DNA from: Burkholderiales bacterium
GTDB lineage: Bacteria > Pseudomonadota > Gammaproteobacteria > Burkholderiales > Gallionellaceae
NCBI GenBank assembly: GCA_038208855.1
Contig: JBBQYH010000001.1
Location: 1-54,417, forward strand
DNA: 54,417 nucleotides
Reading direction: 5' to 3'
The notes below the pieces were generated by a model. It saw only the letters and a list, made by a program, of their open reading frames with translations, did no database searches and was not told where the DNA came from. Positions 1 to 8,560 of this stretch are shown here, piece after piece. The translations under genes and the position numbers were made by a program. Every line of letters begins with the position of its first letter. Position 1 is the first letter of the stretch.

Positions 1-44
1 GCAAGGAAGCGGGGGTTGGTGTCGATGTGTTTGTAGCGTGCCAT
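1..44 (-). mobile_element. 5' end (14 codons) of a probable IS1182/IS5-like transposase gene that runs off the window edge
   Basis: The reverse strand from the ATG at 44-42 reads MARYKHIDTNPRFL. This resembles, from memory, the conserved N-terminus of IS1182-family (DUF772-type) transposases. Only 44 nt are visible and the IS end could not be located. Confidence 0.3.
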
Positions 45-640
45 TTTTGTATCCACAAATGTAACTTGCAGTTTGACCTTGATATTTGTTTTAGTTCACG
101 GCACGATGTGAAAATGTTACTTTTTCTACAACGTCGTTAGAGTGAGCAAATTCAAGGTCAAGTGTGGGTTCTTAAAAACAGTGTTTCGGTAATCTGAAAG
201 TGAAGTTCGTTGTTGATTCTGCGCTGCAATTTATACGGTTTAATGAGTCTGAAAACTCAGTTCATTTTTAACATTTGTCCGCTTTGTTTTATGTGCTGCG
301 CTGGCTTCTGGCGCAGTTGTTTGGTTCAATGGCTGTGTTTTGTAATTTATTGTTTTTATTGAATTTTTTGCATTAGTTCGGCGGTTTGTTGAGCGTGTTG
401 TTTAGGCTCGTTCTAACCCGTCCATAAGGACTTCCCCATCAACGCAACACTTAATTTGGTTTTTTTATCGTTTCATAATCTGCAAATCACTTTTGATCGA
501 CTTTCAGTAGTGATGCGAAGAGGTGAAGGACTGCTAAACTTCAACCGGTCATTATGAGCCATAGGCTCGAATGGTAAACCTGTTTAGCGGGACTGGCCAA
601 AAGCGCGCAGCTCCTTACTTTTACGTAAGTATTTAACAAA

Positions 641-1081
641 ATGCATCTAATAACATATATAAGTAGATCTACCTCTCCCGAAGACAGTATCGATGATGTA
701 CTCAGGAATATAGTAGAAACTGCAAAAATCAGGAATAAAGCAAGAGGGATAACAGGTGTTCTCTTTTATGTTGACCAGCGATTTGTACAATTCATTGAAG
801 GCGAAAATGAGCAATTAAAAATCCTTCTGCAGGAGATATATACTGACAGTAGGCACAAGGATGTATTAGTAATTATTGATGAGCCAGTCTATGAAAGAGA
901 ATTCAAAGACTGGAATATGGATTATTTCAATATGGATAAAAACAACAGCCTGAATGAAGCCAACTTATCCAGATTTAGAGATATTTACAAAGATAATTTT
1001 GAAATGAGCAGCGCAGCATTTATAGAATTCATAAAGGATATGTTGTCTGATCCTGAAATGACTAAAATAATGAACACGTAA
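641..1081 (+). CDS. Short BLUF-domain blue-light (FAD) photoreceptor protein
   Basis: 146-aa ORF with BLUF signature residues in order: Tyr in LITYISRS, ITGVL, Gln in FVQFIEG, RH, and W..M in DWNMDYF. A ~50-aa helical tail follows and there is no output domain. Confidence 0.85.
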   Translation: MHLITYISRSTSPEDSIDDVLRNIVETAKIRNKARGITGVLFYVDQRFVQFIEGENEQLKILLQEIYTDSRHKDVLVIIDEPVYEREFKDWNMDYFNMDKNNSLNEANLSRFRDIYKDNFEMSSAAFIEFIKDMLSDPEMTKIMNT

Positions 1082-1237
1082 CAACTGAAAAATATAACCT
1101 TCACTAAACTGTCTACAGCTAACCCGCCAGTCTTGAGGGGTTGCGCGAATAAAACCTCGTGTAGCCCCTTACCATGCGCACGCCAATATTTATTATATTA
1201 ATTTCTTTTACCAACTTTCACGAAGTAGCTGCAAATT

Positions 1238-1259
1238 AAAACACGGCATGCCGGGTTTT
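1238..1259. terminator. Bidirectional Rho-independent terminator between the convergent BLUF and EamA genes
   Basis: Perfect 10-nt palindrome CGGCATGCCG (1244-1253) extended by AAAAC/GTTTT arms with one mismatch. T-runs follow the stem on both strands. It lies 10 nt past the EamA stop codon. Confidence 0.55.
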
Positions 1260-1268
1260 AATTTGAGT

Positions 1269-2159
1269 TCAACAGGCCGCCTCCAAGCGTCTGGGTGGAA
1301 GTATCGCTATCGTCACCCCGCCCAATACCAGCAGGCCACCCACCAATTGAACCGCAGTTGGCATGGTTGCTACAACCGCGCCAAGCAGCATCGCAAATAC
1401 CGGCACCAGATTGAGGAAAATCGCGGTTCGCGCCGCGCCCAATCGCGCGATGCCTATGCTCCAGAACAGATAAGCCAATACGGTTCCGCCAACAGTCATC
1501 ACTGCCATCGATATTCCAGCATGGATACCCAGCGGCGCCAGATGCGCATCGCTGGCAAGCGCGATACCCAACAACACGGCCGCACCCACAGCCATGATCC
1601 AGGTGGTGTTCACCAGCGACGATCCTTGCGGCATATAGCGGCGGCTCAGTACGTTATACAGCGCCCAAAAACCGTTGGCAGCAAACATCAGCAGGTCACC
1701 CAAGGAAATTTTCAGGGCGATAAGGCTGTGCATGTTTCCCTTGGTGATGACCACCGCCACTCCGGTCAGGGCAATAGGCAAGGCGATCAGGTGACGTGAG
1801 GTCGGACGTTCACCCAGAAATACAGCAGCCAATAGCGTTGTCAACAACGGGTTGGTAGCCATGATCAGGGCGGCGTTGTTGGCCGAGGTATAGCGCAGCG
1901 CGTAGAAGAAAAACAGGTTGAACGCCACGATACCGACGATACCGAGCATCAGATATGCGCCCGCATTCCGCCGCAACATGCCGAACATTGCCTCCTTACG
2001 CCAGCCGACGATGGCAAACATCAAGGCCGCGCCGATCACAAACCGCATCGCCGCCGCCCAAAGTGGCGGAATGTCCTGGAGCACAATGCCGCCCAGGACA
2101 AAATTGGCACCCCAGAAAAATGCCGACGCAGTTACCAGAAGAAAGATATTGTTATTCAT
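1269..2159 (-). CDS. EamA/DMT-superfamily transporter (10 TMS)
   Basis: 296-aa highly hydrophobic ORF with two EamA-like halves (FFWGANFV..., LGERPT, FLNLVPVFA). The long antisense ORFs here are explained by the high local G+C. Confidence 0.85.
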   Translation of the reverse strand: MNNNIFLLVTASAFFWGANFVLGGIVLQDIPPLWAAAMRFVIGAALMFAIVGWRKEAMFGMLRRNAGAYLMLGIVGIVAFNLFFFYALRYTSANNAALIMATNPLLTTLLAAVFLGERPTSRHLIALPIALTGVAVVITKGNMHSLIALKISLGDLLMFAANGFWALYNVLSRRYMPQGSSLVNTTWIMAVGAAVLLGIALASDAHLAPLGIHAGISMAVMTVGGTVLAYLFWSIGIARLGAARTAIFLNLVPVFAMLLGAVVATMPTAVQLVGGLLVLGGVTIAILPPRRLEAAC

Positions 2160-2228
2160 TATTCAATCCTTTAGAAATATTAATTGATTTGCAGTGTATT
2201 TTTTTGTTTAATGCTGCACAAACGATAC

Positions 2229-2258
2229 TTTCTAATCATTGAAATTAGATTTTCTAAT
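2229..2258. promoter_or_regulatory. Candidate LysR-type operator (T-N11-A dyad) in the EamA/LysR divergent intergenic region
   Basis: ATTAG-N5-CTAAT dyad at 2244-2258 contains T-N11-A. A further CTAAT at 2232-2236 gives a direct repeat of TTTCTAAT (2229-2236 and 2251-2258). It sits 13 nt upstream of the LysR ATG. Confidence 0.4.
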
Positions 2259-2270
2259 GCCCGGAAACTG

Positions 2271-3164
2271 ATGCCAAGAAAACTTCCACCGCTAAATGCA
2301 TTGCGTGCATTCGAAGCTGCCGCGCGCCACCTTTCATTTGTACGTGCCGCCGAAGAATTGCACGTCACGCCCGCCGCGATCAGCCAGCAAGTCAAGTTGC
2401 TCGAAGAGCATCTCGGCATGCCGCTGTTCCTGCGCGGCAAGAAACTCGTGCTCAGCGAAGCGGCCAATGAAGTACTACCTCTCATATCCGAGTCATTCGA
2501 CCAGATAGAGCGCGCCCTGCAGAAGATACGTCCGGGCGGTTCCGGCGATACGCTCGTCATATCCACCCCGCCCGTTTTCGCCGCGCGCTGGCTCATCCCG
2601 CGCCTGGACGATTTCCAGTCACGCCACCCTAATATCGAGCTGCGACTACTGGCTACAAAACGCAGGGTGAATTTTCAGGTGGAGGATGTGGATATCGCGA
2701 TACGCTTCGGTGCGGGGAGCTATCCCGATCTGGTCGTTGAACGCATCATGCCGGAAACAATCATCCCGGTGGCCTCACCTGCATTGGCTGCCAGTATCAA
2801 CAACCCGGATGACCTCACCCGCTGCAACCTGCTCGAGGATGAATGGCACATCGATCAAGGCGCGTTCCCGGATTGGTCAACCTGGCTGGCGTCATTGGGC
2901 GTCAATAATGCCACACCCTTGCGCATCAAGTATTTCAGTGATGCCAGTGTGGCAATCCAGGCCGCTGTTTCCGGTCTAGGCGCAACGCTCGCCTAGTACA
3001 GCCTGGTGAGGGATGATTTGAAAGCAGGACGTCTGGTACACCTGCTCGACCAGACCATCTCAAGCACAATGGGCTATGATCTGGTCATGCCAATAAATCG
3101 CAGCACGCTGAAAAAAATATCGGTGTTCCGCTCTTGGTTGCTGGAACAATCAACACAACAATAA
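2271..3164 (+). pseudogene. LysR-family (GcvA/AmpR-like) transcriptional regulator interrupted by an in-frame TAG at 2994-2996
   Basis: The HTH reads LNALRAFEAAARHLSFVRAAEELHVTPAAISQQVKLLE. The same frame continues past the stop: ...VSGLGATLA*YSLVRDDLKAGRLVHLLD...FRSWLLEQSTQQ, ending at TAA 3162-3164. That gives a normal ~297-codon LysR length. ATG 2271 is preferred over the ORF-track start at 2184. Confidence 0.7.
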
Positions 3165-3346
3165 ATTCTTTGTCTGCAGCGATGCAGACCCGGTTTGGTA
3201 ACACGAAAGCAGAATTAATTGCATTGTCTGACAAATACGTGCACACCTGATATATCGTTTGAACGCATGCTGAATGTGCCTTGTAATCGAGAAGTGTGCA
3301 CGCAAACATCCTTGAGTTTTATGTTGGAAATCTACAGGAGTATCGT

Positions 3347-4282
3347 ATGAAAGCAGTCAGAATTCACGCATATGGCAATGCTGGTGTTTTGAAATTTGAA
3401 GATGCACCCATGCCTATTATTGGCGCAAGTGATGTTCTTGTTCGGGTGGTCGCCACATCGATCAATCCAGTGGACTGGAAAATCCGCGCGGGCTATCTGA
3501 AGGAAATGATACCTTATGCCATGCCGCTCACTTTGGGTTGGGATGTTTCAGGGGTAGTCGAAGCGGTTGGCGCCGCAGTCACGCGCTTTAAAGTTGGCGA
3601 TGCCGTATTTTCCCGCCCGGATATCAAGCGCAACGGCACATACGCCGAGTATGTGGCGGTGCGCGAGGACGAGCTGGCCTTCAAGCCGCACACGATATCC
3701 CATGCTGAAGCGGCCTCCTTACCCTTGGCCGGTATCACGGCGTGGGAGGTGCTGATTAGCACTGCCAATGTACAAGCCGGGCAAAAAGTGTTGATTCATG
3801 CAGGCTCCGGTGGTGTGGGTACACTGGCGATACAGCTGGCAAAATCACGCGGTGCTTATGTCATTGCAACAACTTCTGCCAAAAATAGTGCATTGGTGAA
3901 ATCGTTGGGGGCTGATGAGGTTATTGATTACAAAAAGCAAAAGTTTACGGAGCTGGTGCATGATGCGGATGTAGTCTTTGATACGCTGGGCGGCGATATA
4001 CAGGAATCGTCCTGGTCGGTGTTGAAACGCGGCGGCATTCTGGTTTCCATAGTCAGTCCGCCTTCTGCAGACAAGGCCAAGGAGATGGGGGTTAAAAGCG
4101 CGTTTGTGTTTATCGAGCCGAGTGCTGTCATTCTGGAACAATTGGCCGTGCTGGTTGATGCAGGCAAAGTGCGGCCTGTAGTTGGTGCCGAATTTGCGCT
4201 TAAGGATATTGCCAAAGCGCACTCACTCAGCGAAACTGGGCGCAGTGTAGGCAAAATTGTAATTTATGTAGGTCAGCCTTGA
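3347..4282 (+). CDS. NADPH:quinone oxidoreductase / zinc-type alcohol dehydrogenase-like (MDR superfamily)
   Basis: MKAVRIHAYG..., INPVDWK, and the Rossmann motif HAGSGGVGTLAIQLAK. ATG 3347 is preceded by CAGGAG at 3335-3340. Confidence 0.85.
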   Translation: MKAVRIHAYGNAGVLKFEDAPMPIIGASDVLVRVVATSINPVDWKIRAGYLKEMIPYAMPLTLGWDVSGVVEAVGAAVTRFKVGDAVFSRPDIKRNGTYAEYVAVREDELAFKPHTISHAEAASLPLAGITAWEVLISTANVQAGQKVLIHAGSGGVGTLAIQLAKSRGAYVIATTSAKNSALVKSLGADEVIDYKKQKFTELVHDADVVFDTLGGDIQESSWSVLKRGGILVSIVSPPSADKAKEMGVKSAFVFIEPSAVILEQLAVLVDAGKVRPVVGAEFALKDIAKAHSLSETGRSVGKIVIYVGQP

Positions 4283-4560
4283 TGTTGCATGTTGAACAGG
4301 TGTCTAATGCTTGGTCGGCTTTGTTGTGCGAGTGATTGCCAGCCTATAGCCTCGATGCACGTCCTTGTTTTGAGAATTACCCCAAGCGGGCATTCCATGA
4401 TGATGCACCGCAGACATTTACATTCGAGCTATGTATAACGGTAATGCCGCTTTGAGCTGATTTAAGGAATCATAAATAATATCGCTTATGCAAAATGCGC
4501 TTCAGCTTCGGTTTGCTGGGGAAATATTTATTGTCATTTATATTTTTTGCACGGTGAATC

Positions 4561-4884
4561 ATGCCACGGGAGATACGAGAATCTGACTGGAAAATATTAA
4601 AGCAATTGCATGCGCTGGCACTTGAACGATTTTGTCAGCGTGTGCTGTCTGACATTGCAGATATTTCAAATGATGAAAAAATAACTTCTCATCAGCGTTA
4701 CCTTGCCATATACGATATCGTTCATATTCAAAACATGGAATTAGCCTTGATATTCAACGATCTCCGCCATTCTACAGCATTGTTTAAAATTGCTGGGTTG
4801 CAGTCGCGCGGACTGCTGGAGAATGCAGAATATATGCGTTTCAGTGTGGAAACACGCACGCTCGTTGAGTCTATCCTTGCATAA
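4561..4884 (+). CDS. Conserved hypothetical protein (107 aa, predicted helical)
   Basis: Clean ORF in a gap with no competing ORF. I recognise no domain. Confidence 0.5.
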   Translation: MPREIRESDWKILKQLHALALERFCQRVLSDIADISNDEKITSHQRYLAIYDIVHIQNMELALIFNDLRHSTALFKIAGLQSRGLLENAEYMRFSVETRTLVESILA

Positions 4885-4948
4885 TGAACTGCCCTGTGCG
4901 CTTGCACAATATCCCCTGGTTATTTAAATCCCCGAAAGTGAAATTCAT

Positions 4949-5359
4949 ATGCGCAGCACCTCCTGGTACACAAAGTTTGCAAAAGCGGCGTCTCACTTCT
5001 GCGGACGTCCCCGCGTATTCGCACTTGCTGTGGCGATTATCATCGTATGGTTGGTGAGCGGGCCTTTGTTTGGCTATAGCGACACCTGGCAATTGGTGAT
5101 CAACACAGGCACTACAATCATCACATTTCTGATGGTATTCCTGATTCAGAATACGCAAAATCGCGACACCGAAGCCATCCAGGTAAAACTGGATGAGTTG
5201 ATCAGGGCAACGCAGGGCGCACATAATGCGCTGCTGGATCTGGAAGAAATTGAAGAAGACCAGCTGGATGCCTTCAGAGCAAAATATCAGGCACTTGCTG
5301 CGGCAGCGCGCACGCAACTGGTCACCGGCAACATGGACACCGGAACACCGGAGGCATGA
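4949..5359 (+). CDS. Low-affinity iron permease family protein (Fet4-like small membrane protein)
   Basis: 136 aa with two TM segments and the motif TIITFLMVFLIQNTQNRDTEAIQVKLDELIRA, typical of this family as I recall it. The antisense 164-aa ORF is rejected. Confidence 0.7.
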   Translation: MRSTSWYTKFAKAASHFCGRPRVFALAVAIIIVWLVSGPLFGYSDTWQLVINTGTTIITFLMVFLIQNTQNRDTEAIQVKLDELIRATQGAHNALLDLEEIEEDQLDAFRAKYQALAAAARTQLVTGNMDTGTPEA

Positions 5360-5470
5360 GCCCAAAACTAGCGCTTAGCGCACTGCTCAATCGGTTAGTT
5401 GTGCACTGCAGTTGCCTTGCCATGCATTCGCCCTCAACTTTTAAAATTCCAATATAATCATACCTGATTT

Positions 5471-6622
5471 GTGCGGCTTTTCAGCACCCAAGACTATAGC
5501 AAAGGAATATTTATTTTGATTAATATAATCAAGCTGTTGGCAGTAGGATCTTGTTTCTTCAGCGCGCTGGCTTTGGCCGATGCACCCGCTGATCCGTTCC
5601 TCGAAGTCGTCGCACAGTACCGTGCCGCCAATCCAAAACCCGTATTGTCGGAAGTAGCCCACAAGTTCAAGGTACAAGCAGAATTTGCGGTAGAGGAAAA
5701 ACGCACAGCCAAAGCAATTGAGTTGTATAGCATGGCTTTGGTTATCGCGCCGTGGTGGCCAGAGGGACATTACAATCTGGCGCTAGCTCTGGCGGAAACA
5801 AAAAAATACAGGGATGCGATGCAAGAAATGAAGCGATTTATGTTGCTGGAACCCGAGTCTCCCAATGTACGTACTGCACAGGACAAAATTTATCAGTGGG
5901 AAAGTGTAGCGGAGCCGGTTGCTGGCAAGACTTTCAAGGATTGTCCGGACTGCCCTGATATGGTTGAATTGCCCGCAGGCAGTTTTACGATGGGATCAGA
6001 AAACGGCGAGTCTGATGAAAGACCTGTGCACATTGTCACCATCGATCTTCCTTTTGCCATAGGCAAGACAGAAGTTACCCAGGCGCAGTGGCTTGCCGTA
6101 ATGGGCGGAGAAAACCCAAGTTACTTCAGCGGCTGTGGTGATACCTGCCCGGTAGAGCAGGTAAGCTGGGAAGATGCGCAGACATTTATCCTGAAACTGA
6201 ATGCAAAAACGGGCAAACACTATCGTTTGCCCAGTGAGTCAGAATGGGAATATGCATGTCGTGCCGGCAAGCAGCAGGAATATTGCGGCAGTGACCAAGT
6301 TGAGAGTGTCGCTTGGAACAGCAACACTAGTGGTACTTTTTTTGTTAATTCCACCCATCCGGTAGCAACCAGAACAGCCAATGCTTTTGGTTTGTATGAC
6401 ATGAGCGGCAATGTATGGGAATGGGTGGAAGATAATTATCACGACAGTTACAGCGGAGCCCCGAGCGATGGCTCTGCATGGCTTGGTGGCTCCACGCGTG
6501 TGTTGCGCGGCGGATCCTGGGGCTACAATTCCAAATCCAGTCGTGCCGCCGCACGTTCCAAATTTGCTGCCAATTTCCAATACTGGAGCTATGGTTTCCG
6601 TTTGGCACGCACTTTGCCATAA
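5471..6622 (+). CDS. Secreted TPR + formylglycine-generating-enzyme (SUMF1/EgtB/PvdO) domain protein
   Basis: Signal peptide ...FFSALALADA and a TPR-like segment. The FGE-sulfatase domain shows DCPDCPDMVELPAGSFTMGS, VSWEDAQTF, YRLPSESEWEYACRAG, GNVWEWVED and LRGGSW. The start is uncertain: GTG 5471 or TTG 5516. Confidence 0.85.
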   Translation: MRLFSTQDYSKGIFILINIIKLLAVGSCFFSALALADAPADPFLEVVAQYRAANPKPVLSEVAHKFKVQAEFAVEEKRTAKAIELYSMALVIAPWWPEGHYNLALALAETKKYRDAMQEMKRFMLLEPESPNVRTAQDKIYQWESVAEPVAGKTFKDCPDCPDMVELPAGSFTMGSENGESDERPVHIVTIDLPFAIGKTEVTQAQWLAVMGGENPSYFSGCGDTCPVEQVSWEDAQTFILKLNAKTGKHYRLPSESEWEYACRAGKQQEYCGSDQVESVAWNSNTSGTFFVNSTHPVATRTANAFGLYDMSGNVWEWVEDNYHDSYSGAPSDGSAWLGGSTRVLRGGSWGYNSKSSRAAARSKFAANFQYWSYGFRLARTLP

Positions 6623-6770
6623 ATATTTAACAATGCATCTTCTCGTATTGCGAAGTTGCGGCGCTTAATTTTATATTTTTTTATTTGCAATCCCGGGCAA
6701 TTTGTCACTACTGGATGTATGTGCGACACATCTCGAAATGCGAAATGCAATCAAAATGAAAGGATAAACA

Positions 6771-7268
6771 ATGTTTAACAACTTGATCGTTTTAATCGCA
6801 GTTGCAGTAACCATGGTAGCTTGCTCAGATACCCAGATTAAGCAGGCTGCTGTTGCACGCCCTGCCTCTGCTACCAGCATCACTTTCCAGTTGCTTTCAG
6901 ATAACTGGGTGGAAGGCACTGCAAAGTTGGCAGTTAAAGACAAAAGAGGTTGTGGTACATTTGCAAATGATATCTTTCCGCCCGCTGCAGATCAGGATTT
7001 CACTGTTGCGATCGAGGGCAATAATGATATTTTCTTTCATCTGACCAGAGCAAACTCAGTAGCTCAATGTGATTTTGTCAGAATGTTTTATGCCACCAAG
7101 GGCAAAGAATACTTGTTGAACGTGTATATGAAAGAGCAGAACTGCAAAATTTCTCTGATAGAAAAATCTGCCAACGGTGAACAACACGAAATGAACACCT
7201 ATCCTGCTTATGTATCACGGGTTGATGGTGTTGCAGTGTGTGAAAACAAGGACAAACTTTACAATTAA
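6771..7268 (+). CDS. Hypothetical lipoprotein
   Basis: 165 aa. Signal peptide with lipobox-like TMVAC|SD. No recognisable domain. Confidence 0.55.
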   Translation: MFNNLIVLIAVAVTMVACSDTQIKQAAVARPASATSITFQLLSDNWVEGTAKLAVKDKRGCGTFANDIFPPAADQDFTVAIEGNNDIFFHLTRANSVAQCDFVRMFYATKGKEYLLNVYMKEQNCKISLIEKSANGEQHEMNTYPAYVSRVDGVAVCENKDKLYN

Positions 7269-7316
7269 CGTTTCAAATACACGCAATACTGCTAACTGGC
7301 TGCCGGGTGCATCTTG

Positions 7317-7808
7317 TTACAGCGCAAACTCCAGTCGCTCTTCCATTTTTTTCAAGGCTGCCGCAGCACAGCCTTTGTCTTTGTCACCACCCGGCGCACC
7401 CGATACCCCCACCGCACCTACCAGGCTGCCGGCGGATCGTATTGGCAAACCGCCTTCCATGACGATAAGGCCATTGACGTGATTCAGCTCGGGGCGGATA
7501 TCGGCACGTGCCTCGCGAAATTCGCCGCTATCGCTACCGGACATAATGACCATGCCGGCTTTGCGCTCGGCAATTTCCAGGGTATAGCGCGGTGTCAGGG
7601 TGTCGCGCAACGCGGCTTGCATATTCCCGGCACGGTCCAGCACCACCGCCGAGACGGAATAGCCCTGCTTGCGGCAGGCTTCAATTGAGGCCATGGCGAT
7701 ATCACGCGCCAGTTCCAGGCTGATTTGTTTGACGCTCAGCAGATCGGGTTCTGCAGCAAAAGTGTTCAGGGTCATGCACAACATGGTGACGAAAAACAGC
7801 TTTTTCAT
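7317..7808 (-). CDS. Secreted GlcG/HbpS-like (DUF336) heme-binding protein
   Basis: MKKLFFVTMLCMTLNTFAAEP signal peptide followed by the DUF336 core ...VVLDRAGN...GGLPI...GAVGVSGAPGGDKDKGCA. The start is set at ATG 7808 rather than the 248-aa ORF start at 8063. Confidence 0.8.
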   Translation of the reverse strand: MKKLFFVTMLCMTLNTFAAEPDLLSVKQISLELARDIAMASIEACRKQGYSVSAVVLDRAGNMQAALRDTLTPRYTLEIAERKAGMVIMSGSDSGEFREARADIRPELNHVNGLIVMEGGLPIRSAGSLVGAVGVSGAPGGDKDKGCAAAALKKMEERLEFAL

Positions 7809-7986
7809 TTGATTATCCATTTCTGTAACAGCATTTATCGTGATGCATTTTGTGCTATTTTGATATTTGTAACAAGGTCTGCTTAAGTCCTGTTGATCAG
7901 CAAATATAATCCAATATAAACAATAAGATATACGAATATATCTGTTTCGAATATGTTGCCGGATAGTGCACTGTATAATATTCGTC

Positions 7987-8014
7987 TTGCAAGGCTGCAT
8001 ACGCTTCATATAAT
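7987..8014 (+). promoter_or_regulatory. Candidate sigma70 promoter for the rhodanese gene
   Basis: TTGCAA (7987-7992), a 16-nt spacer, then a perfect TATAAT (8009-8014), 26 nt upstream of ATG 8040. Confidence 0.45.
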
Positions 8015-8039
8015 TAATTTCTCGATTGGACATCAAACA

Positions 8040-8462
8040 ATGTATAGCACTTTTAAACCGCAACGCGCCATGGGACTGATGGATTTTGTCAAGGATGCCA
8101 AGGCTTGTGTAACCGAAATCTCACCCAAAGAACTGCTCGACAAACTGGCCAAAAAAGAAGACCTGCTGCTGATAGATGTGCGCGAACATGCAGAATATGA
8201 AAGCGGCCATATCAAGGGCGCGCAACTGGTACCGCGCGGCATACTTGAGGCGGCGGCCGATCCGGCTTATCCCAAGCATGTTAAAGAATTGTGCGAAGCA
8301 CGTGAGCGTCAGGTGGTGGTGTACTGTGCAACCAGCGGCCGTTCTGCGATGGCCTGTGCCGTTCTGCAGATGATGGGTTTTAAAAATGTGCTCAATCTGG
8401 CCGGCGGATATACACGTTGGGCGGCAGACGGTATGCCGGAAGTACACGAAGCTTCATATTGA
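8040..8462 (+). CDS. Single-domain rhodanese (sulfurtransferase)
   Basis: LLIDVREHAEYESGHIKGA and an active-site loop VVYCATSGRSAMA with Cys and Arg present. No signal peptide. The start could also be 8070. Confidence 0.85.
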   Translation: MYSTFKPQRAMGLMDFVKDAKACVTEISPKELLDKLAKKEDLLLIDVREHAEYESGHIKGAQLVPRGILEAAADPAYPKHVKELCEARERQVVVYCATSGRSAMACAVLQMMGFKNVLNLAGGYTRWAADGMPEVHEASY

Positions 8463-8517
8463 GTTTTTACTGAACAATCTATACGAAATTACCCTTGGAT
8501 TTGTTTTAATTTCATTC

Positions 8518-8552
8518 AATCAACGGTGCTAAACGCCGTTGATTCTTTATTT
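8518..8552 (+). terminator. Rho-independent terminator-like hairpin after the rhodanese gene
   Basis: 11-bp stem AATCAACGGTG / CGCCGTTGATT (one G-U pair) with loop CTAAA, followed by CTTTATTTTG. It ends 9 nt before the next ATG at 8561. Confidence 0.55.
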
Positions 8553-8560
8553 TGCTGCTG

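Noticed and set aside
49-57. DnaA-box-like GTATCCACA (8/9 match) next to the transposase start.
   Set aside because: It is a single imperfect box with no AT-rich unwinding element or additional boxes, and it is probably inside the IS. Chance occurrence is likely.
1248-2596. ORFs of 183 aa (1248-1799, +) and 138 aa (2180-2596, -) overlapping the EamA and LysR genes.
   Set aside because: They are antisense to genes with clear family signatures. Their Arg/Ser/Pro-rich translations are typical of wrong-frame reading in the ~62-65% G+C stretches of this block.
4871-5365. 164-aa minus-strand ORF overlapping the iron-permease-family gene.
   Set aside because: The plus-strand product carries the recognisable two-TM motif and the NTQNRD motif. 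The minus-strand product has no features.
7809-8063. N-terminal extension of the GlcG-like ORF (the 248-aa version in the ORF track). Similar upstream extensions occur for LysR (2184), the oxidoreductase (3296), rhodanese (7953), mnmG (28064), atpD (18567), the LysM protein (45715) and ParA-like (13270).
   Set aside because: The extensions precede a clean signal peptide or the canonical family N-terminus. They would also run through promoter regions, so internal ATGs were chosen.
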